A stretch of 64,000 nt of DNA, from assembly GCA_963832165.1 (NCBI GenBank), contig CAWHTE010000007.1, positions 992,001 to 1,056,000 of the forward strand, in the 5' to 3' direction. Each line of letters starts with the position of its first letter. Position 1 is the first letter of the stretch. The notes beneath the pieces were generated by a model, which worked only from the letters and a program-made list of their open reading frames with translations, was not told where the DNA came from and searched no databases. This document shows, piece after piece, positions 37,651-46,619 of this stretch. The stretch comes from an uncultured delta proteobacterium (GTDB lineage Bacteria > Myxococcota_A > UBA9160 > SMWR01). A program made the translations under genes and the position numbers.

Positions 37651-38079
37651 CTACTCGGGCAGGTAGGTCTGGAACATCTGCCCGAGCTCGTCCTTCGTGC
37701 GCTCGGGCACCTTGTAGTACGTGCGGATCACGACCGATCCGTCCGGCTCGAAGCGATAGGTCTCGATCGAGAGCGCGGCATGGGATTTGCCGTCAGCGGT
37801 GATCGAGTTTTCGAGCGTCCACGCCACTTCGTTCCCGCAGATGAACAGCGTCCCGTCGACGATGCGGAACTTCACGCGCGCCTGGAACAGGTCCCACGAA
37901 TCGAGCGCGCAGTGCTCGAAACCGCGCTTCTCGGGCGTGCCGACCGGGTCGAGCATGCGGAAATCGCCCGGCGCGACGCTGCGCCAGTTGCGCTCCCAGC
38001 CCTCGCGGTCGCCCGCGTTCCAGAGCGCCACGTAGTTCTTCGCCCAGTCCTGGAGCTGCTGACGGGTGGGGGATGCCAT
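37651..38079 (-). CDS. NTF2/SnoaL-like protein
   Basis: YVALWNAGDREGW, DPVGTP, CGNEVA, IETYRFEPDG. GGAGGAG RBS. Confidence 0.75.
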   Translation of the reverse strand: MASPTRQQLQDWAKNYVALWNAGDREGWERNWRSVAPGDFRMLDPVGTPEKRGFEHCALDSWDLFQARVKFRIVDGTLFICGNEVAWTLENSITADGKSHAALSIETYRFEPDGSVVIRTYYKVPERTKDELGQMFQTYLPE

Positions 38080-38164
38080 CGGATCTCCTCCGCGAAAAAT
38101 GCGCGACGGTGATCCTAGAGCAGTAGACTCCGGAGCGCGCCCGACGAGAACACGGAGGTCCCGC

Positions 38165-39197
38165 ATGGCACCGCAAGTTTCGCGCAGCGAGGAAGGCGAG
38201 CGAAGGCCATCGGATCCGCATGGCGCTCCAGATCCCCAACTTCACCTACCCGAACACGCCGCCTGCGCAGCTGTTCGAGCGGATCGCGGGCGCCGCGCGC
38301 GCGGGCGAGGCGGCCGGCTTCGACGCCGTGTTCGTGATGGACCATTTCTACCAGCTGCCGATGCTCGGTCCGATCCACCACGAGATGCTCGAGGCCTACC
38401 CGCTGCTCGGCGCGCTCGCGACGCAGACCTCGCGCGTGCGGCTCGGCACGCTCGTCGCTGGGAACACCTACCGGAACCCGGCGCACTTCGCGAAGATCGT
38501 CACGACGCTCGACGTCGTCTCGCGCGGACGCGCGATCCTCGGCATCGGCGCTGGCTGGTTCGAGCCCGAGCACCAAGGCTACGGCTTCGACTTCCCGCCG
38601 ATCGGTGAGCGGCTGTCGCGGCTCGACGAAGCGCTCCAGATCATCCGCCCGATGCTGCGCAGCGAGAAGCCGACCTTCGAGGGCCGCTACTACCGTACGC
38701 ACGAGGCGCTCAACGTGCCGGCGCCGATCCAGCCCGGCGGCCCCGCCATCCTGATCGGCGGCACCGGCGAGCAGCGCACGCTCAAGCTCGTCGCGCGTTA
38801 TGCGGACGAGAGCAACTGGACCTGTCCGCCCGAGGAGTTCCCGCGCAAGCTCGAGGCGCTCGACAAGCACTGCGCGGCGGTCGGGCGCAAGCGCAGCGAC
38901 ATCAACGTGACGTGGCTCGCGAGCCTGCTCGTCGCTCCCACGATGGAGGCGGCCGAGAAGCTGCGCGACGAGTATCTGCGCGCGCGCGGCATGGACTGGA
39001 GCGTACTGCCGCCCGCGGTCCGCGAGCGGATCGCCGCGGCGATCGTGCTGGGCGATCCCGACACGGTCGGCGAGTTCGTGCGGACGCGAGTCGTCGACCA
39101 GGGGCTCGACGGCATCATCGTGAACCTGCCTGCGACCGGTCACGAGCCCGAAGCCGTGGAGCTCGCGGCTCGCACGCTGAAGGCGGCACTTCGTTAG
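38165..39197 (+). CDS. LLM class F420-dependent oxidoreductase; likely true start 38165 with a 2-nt frameshift inside the repeat, in-frame ATG at 38220
   Basis: VMDHFYQLP, LGTLVAGNTYRNP, LDVVSRGR, GAGWFEPEH, IGGTGEQRTL. GGAGG RBS precedes ATG 38165. Confidence 0.88.
38172..38210 (+). repeat. Dispersed ~40-bp repeat, copy B
   Basis: CGCAAGTTTCGCGCAGCGAG--GAAGGCGAGCGAAGGCCAT aligns to copy A with a 2-nt gap and 2 mismatches. Confidence 0.8.
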
Positions 39198-39469
39198 TCG
39201 CGCGCGAACAGCACCCACAGGCCGACGGCGATGAAGCCGGCGCCGGCGACCCAGCGCAGCACGCGCGGGTCGACGTGCTCAGAGACGAACGACCCAGCGA
39301 GCACGCCGATTGCGCTCGTGAGCACGAGCGCCGCCGCGGACGCCGCGAACACCGTGAGCTTGGGGTGGGAGGCGTCCGACGCGTAGAGCAGCGTGGCGAG
39401 CTGCGTCTTGTCGCCGAGCTCGGCGACGAAGATCGTGGTGAAGACGGTGACGAAGAGCCGCAGATCCAT
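39194..39469 (-). CDS. TMEM165/GDT1 (UPF0016) family half-transporter
   Basis: AELGDKTQLA motif and 3 TM segments. Confidence 0.92.
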   Translation of the reverse strand: MDLRLFVTVFTTIFVAELGDKTQLATLLYASDASHPKLTVFAASAAALVLTSAIGVLAGSFVSEHVDPRVLRWVAGAGFIAVGLWVLFARD

Positions 39470-39483
39470 GGTGCCTCCGGGAT

Positions 39484-41907
39484 TCAGCGCAGATGCGCGA
39501 CGCTCGCGCCGTCGCCGCCCTCGCCGGGCTCCGCGGCTTCGAGCCGCGCTACGTAGGGCGAGGAGCTGAGATATCGGCGCACGGCCACGCGCAGCGCGCC
39601 CGTGCCGAGGCCGTGGATCACGAGCAGGCGGTCGCGCCCGTCGGATGCGGCGCGGTCGAGCGCGGCGCCGAGCACATCGAGTGCCTCGTCGACGCGCTGG
39701 CCGCGCAGATCGCAGCGCTCGGTACCGCCGGACGGCGGCGTTCGATACGCAGTGCGCGCGGGAGCCGCAACCACGTCGCCGGGCTCGGCGCGCCCGACGC
39801 GTTCGGCCGGCACGACCATGCGCACCGAGCCCACCATCACCGCGACGCGGCCGCGCCGGTCCGGCAACGCCTGCAGCGTGCCGACCAGCCCGCCCGCGAC
39901 CTTCACGGCGTCACCCGCGTGCGCGTGGTTCCAATCGACCGGAATCAGCAGCTCCGCGGGATCTGCGACGAGCCCCGCGGCCTCCTCGGCGTCGCGCTGC
40001 CGCACCTCGAGCGACACGAGCCGCTCGCGCGCGTGCGCGGCGTGCTGCGCGGTGGCGGAACCGCCGCGCTGGAGATCCCGGATCACCGCGGCGATCTGCG
40101 CGTGCGCGTTCTTGAACTGCTCGTCGAGGTCTTCGCGCATCGCGCGGTAGAGCTCGTCGCGGCGCTGCGAGAGCTTCTCGAGCTTGTGGCGGTACTCCGT
40201 GCGCACCGCCTCGGACTCCTGACGCACGCGCGCAGCCTCGCGCTGCTCGCTCTCGAGCGCAGCGCGGCTCGTGGCGAGCTCGTGCAGCATGCGATCGAGC
40301 ACGCGGTCCTCGCTCTCCAGAAATCGATTCGCTCGCTCGAGCACGTCGCTGCGCAGGCCCATCCTCGCTGCCACGGCAGTGGCCGACGAGCTGCCGGGGA
40401 ATCCCATGCGCAGCCGATAGGTGGGCGCGAGGGTCTGGGGGTCGAACTCGACGCTCGCATTCGCGAAGCGCGGATCGACGTCGGCCATCTCCTTGAGCAG
40501 GCCGTAGTGGGTGGTCGCGATCACGCGCGCGTCCGCGTCCGCCAGCGTCTCGAGGATCGCCTGCGCGAGTGCGGCGCCCTCGGAGGGATCAGTGCCGACG
40601 CCCACCTCGTCGAGCACCACGAGCGTGCGCGCCGATGACTCGTTCACGATCCGCGCGAGGTTGGCCATGTGCGCGGAGAAGCTCGACAGGCTCTGGCCGA
40701 TCGACTGCTCATCGCCGATGTCGGCGAGCACGGCGTCGAACAGGTCCACGCGCGCGCCCTTCGCGGCCGGAACCTGGATCCCCGCGCGCACGAACAACAC
40801 CGAAAGCGCAGCGGCCTTCATCGCGACGGTCTTGCCGCCCGCGTTCGGACCCGAGATCACGAGCACGTGCAGCTCGCCGCCGAGGCGGATGTCATTCGGC
40901 ACCGCGTGGCGCGGGTCGAGGCAGGGATGGCGCAGCTGCGGGAGCCACAGCACGCCCTCATCGCCGAGCTCGGGTGCCGTTGCGTCGAGCTCGATCGAGA
41001 GCTCGGCGCGCGCGAACGCGAGGTCGAGCAGCGCAAGCGTGTCGAGGCCCGCGTCGATCTCGGGTGCGGCCGCGGCGGCCGCGTCCGAGAGCTCGCGCAG
41101 CACGCGCGCGATCTCGCGCTCCACTTCGAGCTCCGCGCGCTTGTGCTCGTTGTTGAGCTCGACGAGCGCCTGCGGCTCGATGAACAGCGTCGTGCCCGAG
41201 CCCGATGCGTCGTGCACGATGCCGCGGATCTGGCCGCGGCTGTCGGCGCGCACCGGCAGCACGTAGCGGTCGTTGCGCACCGTGAAGTAGTCATCCGACA
41301 GCGCGCTGCGCATGTCCGGATCGCGCAGGATCCGAGCGAGCCGATCGGAGAGCCGCGCCGCGAGCTCGTGCGCCTCGCGGCGCGCGGCGGCGAGCGCGGG
41401 CGACGCGTCGTCGCGCACGTGGCCCTCGCCATCGATGCAGCGCTCGATCTCGCGCTCGAGCTCGGCGCGCGCCGGCAAGAGCTCCGCGAGCTCGGCCAGC
41501 CCCGGCGCTACGTCCGCGCGCTGCTCGAGGAAGCGCCGCGTCTTTCGGAGCCCCGCGAGCGTGTGCGCGACGCCGATCAGCTCGTCGCCCGCGAGCGCGC
41601 CGCCCCGGCGCGCGCGCACGAGCGCCTCTGTGGGGTCGCCCGTGCCGCCGAGCGGCGGGCTGTCGCCCGATTCGAGGATCGCCCGCGCCTGCGCCGTGAG
41701 CGCGAGGCGCCCGCGCGTCTCTTCGTCGGTTGCCGCGAACAGCTCCGCGTCGCCGCCCGGCGCGAGCCGCGCGGCGCCGCGCGGTGTGCGCGCGAACCCG
41801 GCCAGCCGACCTAGAATCAGAGGCCAGTCGAGGCGTTCGAGGGTCTTCTGCGCGACCGTGAAGGGCAGCGGGGTCCTCGCGGTGGGCAAGCGAGCGGGTT
41901 TGCCCAT
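39484..41907 (-). CDS. mutS2: Endonuclease MutS2
   Basis: RNDRYVLPV, SGPNAGGKT, ADIGDEQSI, LDEVGVGTDP, TTHY, C-terminal Smr domain (IHGLGTG...GGDG). Confidence 0.95.
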   Translation of the reverse strand: MGKPARLPTARTPLPFTVAQKTLERLDWPLILGRLAGFARTPRGAARLAPGGDAELFAATDEETRGRLALTAQARAILESGDSPPLGGTGDPTEALVRARRGGALAGDELIGVAHTLAGLRKTRRFLEQRADVAPGLAELAELLPARAELEREIERCIDGEGHVRDDASPALAAARREAHELAARLSDRLARILRDPDMRSALSDDYFTVRNDRYVLPVRADSRGQIRGIVHDASGSGTTLFIEPQALVELNNEHKRAELEVEREIARVLRELSDAAAAAAPEIDAGLDTLALLDLAFARAELSIELDATAPELGDEGVLWLPQLRHPCLDPRHAVPNDIRLGGELHVLVISGPNAGGKTVAMKAAALSVLFVRAGIQVPAAKGARVDLFDAVLADIGDEQSIGQSLSSFSAHMANLARIVNESSARTLVVLDEVGVGTDPSEGAALAQAILETLADADARVIATTHYGLLKEMADVDPRFANASVEFDPQTLAPTYRLRMGFPGSSSATAVAARMGLRSDVLERANRFLESEDRVLDRMLHELATSRAALESEQREAARVRQESEAVRTEYRHKLEKLSQRRDELYRAMREDLDEQFKNAHAQIAAVIRDLQRGGSATAQHAAHARERLVSLEVRQRDAEEAAGLVADPAELLIPVDWNHAHAGDAVKVAGGLVGTLQALPDRRGRVAVMVGSVRMVVPAERVGRAEPGDVVAAPARTAYRTPPSGGTERCDLRGQRVDEALDVLGAALDRAASDGRDRLLVIHGLGTGALRVAVRRYLSSSPYVARLEAAEPGEGGDGASVAHLR

Positions 41908-41970
41908 CCTGCAGGTGAGCGGGCCGGAATCACTTGCCTGCAACTTACACTTCGCCGAAAGACATAGGCG

Positions 41971-42813
41971 ATGGCCGACGAATCCCCCACCGAAGCCGTT
42001 CTCGAATCCACGCGCGACATGGACCAGTGGAGCGCGGAGCGGATCGTCCAGGCGATCCACGGCGAGGACGCGCGCGCCTGGGAGGCGGTCGGCGCCGTGC
42101 TGCCGCGCGTGGTCGAGGCGGCCGAGGTGCTCGTGGTCGCGCTGTCGGGAGGCGGCCGCTGGTTCAACGTGGGGGCGGGCACGAGCGGTCGGATCGGCGC
42201 GCTCGACGCCGCCGAGATCCCGCCGACCTTCGGCCTGCCGCGCCACCGTGTGCAGGCGGTCGTCGCGGGCGGCGAAGCTGCGCTCGTGCGCGCGATCGAG
42301 GGAGCCGAGGACCACCCCGAGCGCGCGAAGTTCGCGCTGCGCGAGCGCGGGTTGCACGCGGGCGACGTCGTCGTCGCGATCTCAGCAAGCGGAACGACGC
42401 CATTCACGCTCGGCAGCCTCGACGTCGCACACGAGGTGGGCGCGCGCACGATCGGCATCACCTGCAACCCGGACTCGCCGCTCGCGGAAGCCGCGGAGGT
42501 CGCGATCGTGCCCGTGGTGGGCCCCGAGGTGATCGCGGGCTCGACGCGCATGAAGGGCGGTCTCGCCCAGAAGATGGTCTTGAACCTGCTCTCGACCACC
42601 GTGATGGTGCGCCTGGGCTACGTCGAGGGGAATCTCATGACGCACATGATTCCCGCGTCGGAGAAGCTACGCGACCGCGGCGTGAGGATCCTGATGTCGC
42701 TGGGCGAGCTCGACCGCGACGCCGCGGCGGCACTGCTCACCAAATGCGAGGGAAACGTCGCGGAGGCCACGCGCGTTCTCCACGCGAAGGGATCCCGCGC
42801 GCGCGTGGGTTGA
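41971..42813 (+). CDS. murQ: N-acetylmuramic acid 6-phosphate etherase
   Basis: GAGTSGRIG, DAAEIPPTFG, EGAED, GPEVIAGSTRMK, AQKMVLNLLST. Confidence 0.95.
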   Translation: MADESPTEAVLESTRDMDQWSAERIVQAIHGEDARAWEAVGAVLPRVVEAAEVLVVALSGGGRWFNVGAGTSGRIGALDAAEIPPTFGLPRHRVQAVVAGGEAALVRAIEGAEDHPERAKFALRERGLHAGDVVVAISASGTTPFTLGSLDVAHEVGARTIGITCNPDSPLAEAAEVAIVPVVGPEVIAGSTRMKGGLAQKMVLNLLSTTVMVRLGYVEGNLMTHMIPASEKLRDRGVRILMSLGELDRDAAAALLTKCEGNVAEATRVLHAKGSRARVG

Positions 42814-42817
42814 CCGC

Positions 42818-44482
42818 TCAGGAGCCGTGCGCCACCACCCCCGGACGTGCGTCGGTGTAGCCGCCGGACGCGGTCCACGTGACCTCGCCGTTCACGATCG
42901 CCGTGTCGACGCCGCGCGCGCTGCGCACGTAGCGCATGCCGGCCCCGGGCATGTCGCGGGCGGGCAGCTCATCTCCGCGGCCGATCGTCTCGGGGTCGAA
43001 GATCACCACGTCCGCCGCCATGCCCTGGCGCAGCAGGCCGCGATCCGGGATGCCCCAGATCTGCGCGGTGTCGCCGGTGATCTTGCGGACGGCGTGCTCG
43101 ATCTCGAGGTGGCGGCCCGCGCGCACGAACTCGCTGAACAGGTATCCCGTGTCGCCGTAGGTCGCGAACGACTGGATGTGCGCGCCGCCATCGCTCGCGC
43201 CGACGTGCACGAGGTCGTTGGCGAGGATCGGGCCGATCCGCTTCGGGTCCTCGTGGCCCATGTTCGCCGCGAGGAAGTGGACGCCGAGGTCCTCCTCGAG
43301 CGAGAGGTCGATCATCGCGCCGGCCGGCGTGGTGCCGCGATCTGCGGCGATCTCGCCGAGCGTGCGGCCGATCAGCGACGCGTCGCGGCTGTCGCGCACG
43401 CGCAGGCCCGCGAACTGCTGCGTGTCGCCGCCCGGCTCCGCCGCCTCGATCATTCCCTTGCGCGTGCCCTCGTTGCGCAGCATCGCGATGCGCTGCTCAC
43501 GCGGCGTGCGCAGGATCATGTACCACATCGGCAGCCGTATGAAGTACAGGCTCGCCATGTCGAGGCTGAAGCTGATGTCGATCGGCCGGGTCTGCACCTG
43601 GGGCCACACGCGCGCGCCGCGCGCGAACTGCTCGGCGACGCGGTCGAGCACGCGCGGGACGTTGTCCGGCACGACTGCCGAGTCGAAGAGCGGTGAGAAG
43701 GTGGTCGGGATGCCGTGCGCGAGCGACAGCTCGGCGAGCTGGTCCACGCGCGCGACGGTGATGTCGGTGCTGTAGAACTCCGGCACCACCTGGAGCATGC
43801 GCCCGAACTCGCCGAGCACGGCGCACAGCGCGTCGAGCTCGTCCCAATGCGCGTAGCGGCTCGGCACCGGCGCCAGGTTCTCATCCATGTCGACGTAGCT
43901 GGTCGAGAGGCCCACGGCGCCGGCCTCGAGACAGGCGCGCAGCAGGTCCTGCATCTCGCGGATCTCCTCGGGCCGGGCCGCGCGTTTCTGCGCCTGGTCT
44001 CCCATCACCCACATGCGGATCGGCGAGTGGCCGGCGAGCGGCGCCACGTTCAGCGCGACGCGGCCGCGCAACGCGGTCACGTAGTCGGCGAAGCTCTCCC
44101 AGGTCCAGTCGAAAGCGCCGTCGAACGCGGCATCGGGCATCTCCTCGATCTGCTGGAACATCTTCACGAGCTTCGCGCGGTGCGCGGTCCGCAGCGGCGC
44201 CAGCGACAGCGAGCAGTTGCCGTGCACGACCGTCGTGATGCCGTGCTCGAGCGCGGGCCGTGCCTGGCCGTCCCAGAGCAGCTGCGCGTCGAAGTGCGTG
44301 TGCGGGTCGATGAAGCCCGGCGCGACGACGCGGCCCGCCGCGTCGATCGTGCGGCGCGCTTCGCCTGTGAGCTGCCCGCCGACGCGGCGCAGGCGGCCGC
44401 TCTCGATGCCGACGTCGCCATGGAAGGCCGGCAGTCCGCTTCCGTCCACGATGCGCCCGTTGCGGATCACGATGTCGAGCAT
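42818..44482 (-). CDS. N-acyl-D-amino-acid deacylase-like amidohydrolase
   Basis: IRNGRIVDGSG, PGFIDPHTHFD, HGITTVVHGNC, SDGGAH, DRGLL. Confidence 0.9.
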   Translation of the reverse strand: MLDIVIRNGRIVDGSGLPAFHGDVGIESGRLRRVGGQLTGEARRTIDAAGRVVAPGFIDPHTHFDAQLLWDGQARPALEHGITTVVHGNCSLSLAPLRTAHRAKLVKMFQQIEEMPDAAFDGAFDWTWESFADYVTALRGRVALNVAPLAGHSPIRMWVMGDQAQKRAARPEEIREMQDLLRACLEAGAVGLSTSYVDMDENLAPVPSRYAHWDELDALCAVLGEFGRMLQVVPEFYSTDITVARVDQLAELSLAHGIPTTFSPLFDSAVVPDNVPRVLDRVAEQFARGARVWPQVQTRPIDISFSLDMASLYFIRLPMWYMILRTPREQRIAMLRNEGTRKGMIEAAEPGGDTQQFAGLRVRDSRDASLIGRTLGEIAADRGTTPAGAMIDLSLEEDLGVHFLAANMGHEDPKRIGPILANDLVHVGASDGGAHIQSFATYGDTGYLFSEFVRAGRHLEIEHAVRKITGDTAQIWGIPDRGLLRQGMAADVVIFDPETIGRGDELPARDMPGAGMRYVRSARGVDTAIVNGEVTWTASGGYTDARPGVVAHGS

Positions 44483-44497
44483 GGGGGATCCTTTCGC

Positions 44498-44713
44498 TCA
44501 GCGATCCAGCACGTGCAGGAGTCGCTGCCAGGGTTGTCCGCGGAGATCTGCGGCGCACTGCGCCGCGCAGTCGTCCATGAGCTTGCGCGCCTGGTCGGCT
44601 ACGAGCGTCACGGTGTCGACGGCGCCGTTCTCGTGCCGCACGCGCACGACGAGCACGGCCTGCCCGTCGTGACCCGGCGCGACGACTGCATCGTCGATCA
44701 CGGCTTCAGGCAC
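44498..44713 (-). CDS. Small hypothetical protein (71 aa)
   Basis: Operon-packed, overlaps the upstream stop; sequence GHDGQAVLVVRVRHENG. Confidence 0.6.
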   Translation of the reverse strand: MPEAVIDDAVVAPGHDGQAVLVVRVRHENGAVDTVTLVADQARKLMDDCAAQCAADLRGQPWQRLLHVLDR

Positions 44714-44918
44714 CGGCCACGTGCGGCGGCTCGACGAAGATCACGTCGCTGCCGAGAAATTCGCCGGGCGGAAGGCGCACGAAGAGCTGCAGGTTCCAGC
44801 TCTTCAGCTTTGCAATCGCCGCGTCGGCGTGCTCGCCGGGCAGCACCCGCTGCGCGAGCGCGGTCCAGTCCTCACCCGGCTCGGGCGACACGAACTTGCG
44901 TTGGTGCGACAGCGTCAT
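44706..44918 (-). CDS. Small hypothetical protein (70 aa), LysM-like pattern
   Basis: AAGGAG RBS; PGEDWTALAQRV...KLKSWNL...DVIFVEP. Confidence 0.6.
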   Translation of the reverse strand: MTLSHQRKFVSPEPGEDWTALAQRVLPGEHADAAIAKLKSWNLQLFVRLPPGEFLGSDVIFVEPPHVAGA

Positions 44919-44928
44919 GGCGACTCCT

Positions 44929-45918
44929 TCAGCGATCGAGGCCCGCGAGGAACTCGAGCAGTGCAGCGTTCGTCTGCTCGGGCGCCTCCTGCTGGTTCCA
45001 GTGGCCGACGCCCTCGATCAGCACCTTGCCGCGCAGGTCCTCGCAGAAGCTGCCGAGCATCTGGACGCCAGGCCCCTCACCCTTGAGCTCCGGACCCGTC
45101 ACGACCGCGTCGCGCAGGCCGCCCACGAAGAGCGCAGGCACCGTGACGCGCCGATCCGCGAAGGGCGCGAGCAGCTCCCAGTTGCGGTCGAAGTTCCGAT
45201 ACCAGTTGAGCCCGCCGCGGAAGCCGGTGCGCTCGAACGCGGAGACGTAGACCTCGAGATCTTCCTCGCGGAGCCAGTCGGGCAGCTTCTCGGGTTGGGC
45301 GATCCCGTCGAGGAAGCCCGCGGTCTTCGGCAATCCCATCATCTTGTAGAAGTGATCCGGATCGTTGTCGCCGGACGCCGTGAACAGCATGCCGCGCATC
45401 ATCTCACGCGCGCGCGGATCGAGCTCCGCTTCCGCTTTGCCCGGCTCCTGGAAGTAGAGGACGTAGAAGAAGCGGTCGCCGGCCAGCATCCTCATCATCG
45501 CCAGCGGGCGCATGGGCAGGCGCGGCAGGAACGGCACGCTCATCCCGACGACCGCGCGGAACTTGTCGGGCCGCAACAGCGCACCATTCCACGCGACCAG
45601 CGATCCCCAGTCGTGTCCGACGATCACCGCCTGCTGCTCGCCGAGCGCCGCGAGGAGCCCCGTCATGTCGCCGACCAGATGCATGATGGTGTAGGCGTCG
45701 ACCGCGTCGGGCGCGGTGGTATCGCCGTAGCCGCGCATGTCGGGCGCCACGGCGTGATAGCCGGCCGCGGCGAGCGCCGGGAGCTGGTGGCGCCACGAGT
45801 ACCAGAGCTCCGGGAAGCCGTGACAGAGCAGGACCAGCGGACCTTCGCCGGCCTCCGCGACGTGCATCGAGAGCTCGCCGACCTGGACCTGGCGATGGCG
45901 GATCGCGGAATCGGGCAA
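44929..45918 (-). CDS. Epoxide hydrolase-like alpha/beta hydrolase
   Basis: CHGFPELWYSWRHQ, PDMRGYG, GHDWG, GGLNWYRN, GHWNQQE. Confidence 0.92.
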   Translation of the reverse strand: MPDSAIRHRQVQVGELSMHVAEAGEGPLVLLCHGFPELWYSWRHQLPALAAAGYHAVAPDMRGYGDTTAPDAVDAYTIMHLVGDMTGLLAALGEQQAVIVGHDWGSLVAWNGALLRPDKFRAVVGMSVPFLPRLPMRPLAMMRMLAGDRFFYVLYFQEPGKAEAELDPRAREMMRGMLFTASGDNDPDHFYKMMGLPKTAGFLDGIAQPEKLPDWLREEDLEVYVSAFERTGFRGGLNWYRNFDRNWELLAPFADRRVTVPALFVGGLRDAVVTGPELKGEGPGVQMLGSFCEDLRGKVLIEGVGHWNQQEAPEQTNAALLEFLAGLDR

Positions 45919-45942
45919 GGCGGTGGCTCCTGGTGGGGAGCA

Positions 45943-45988
45943 GATCCTATTCCAACAATGGACACGAGTCCAGTCATGGAATAGGATC
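45943..45988. promoter_or_regulatory. 46-bp nested palindrome, likely TetR operator region
   Basis: GATCCTATTCCA...TGGAC-ACGA-GTCCA...TGGAATAGGATC between divergent genes. Confidence 0.7.
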
Positions 45989-46010
45989 GCCGCCCATGGG
46001 ACCCGCCGCG

Positions 46011-46619
46011 ATGACCGAGGCGCCGTCGCGCCGCGACCGCAAGAAGGAGCGGACGCGCCGCGAGATCTACGAGGCGGCGATGCGTCTGTTCGCGCGCCGC
46101 GGCTTCGGCGCCGTTCACATCACCGATATCTGCGAGGAGGCGGACGTCGGGCGCGGCACGTTCTTCCTGCACTTCCCGAGCAAGGCCGCGCTCCTCTACG
46201 AGTTCAACCAGCGCGTCGCGGAGGACTTCGGCGCGTCGTTGGTCGAGCCGCGCGGCCCGGCGCGAGACGAGCTGCGCGCGCTGGTCGAGCGCATCTCGGT
46301 CGAGCTCGTCGCGCAGGCCGAGATCATGACCGCGATGATCGCCGAGTTCTTCGCGAGCCCCGAAGCGCTCGCCGCGGCGTCGACCGATGACGCGTTGCCC
46401 CAGCTCGTTCTCGAGATCGTGAGGCGCGGACAACAGCTCGGCGAATTCTCCCGCCGCATCGATCCGCGGCTCGCCGCCGCCTCCCTGTTCGCGACCGCCG
46501 GCGCGATCATCAGCGGACAGGTATTCCGCAAAGACGATCTTCCGCCCGAGGAGATCAGCCGGCAGCTGCTCCAGATCGTGTTCTCGGGTCTCGATCCGGC
46601 GGGCGACCGACGTGCCTGA
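46011..46619 (+). CDS. TetR/AcrR family regulator
   Basis: RRDRKKERTRREI, ITDICEEADVGRGTFFLHFPSK. Confidence 0.92.
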   Translation: MTEAPSRRDRKKERTRREIYEAAMRLFARRGFGAVHITDICEEADVGRGTFFLHFPSKAALLYEFNQRVAEDFGASLVEPRGPARDELRALVERISVELVAQAEIMTAMIAEFFASPEALAAASTDDALPQLVLEIVRRGQQLGEFSRRIDPRLAAASLFATAGAIISGQVFRKDDLPPEEISRQLLQIVFSGLDPAGDRRA

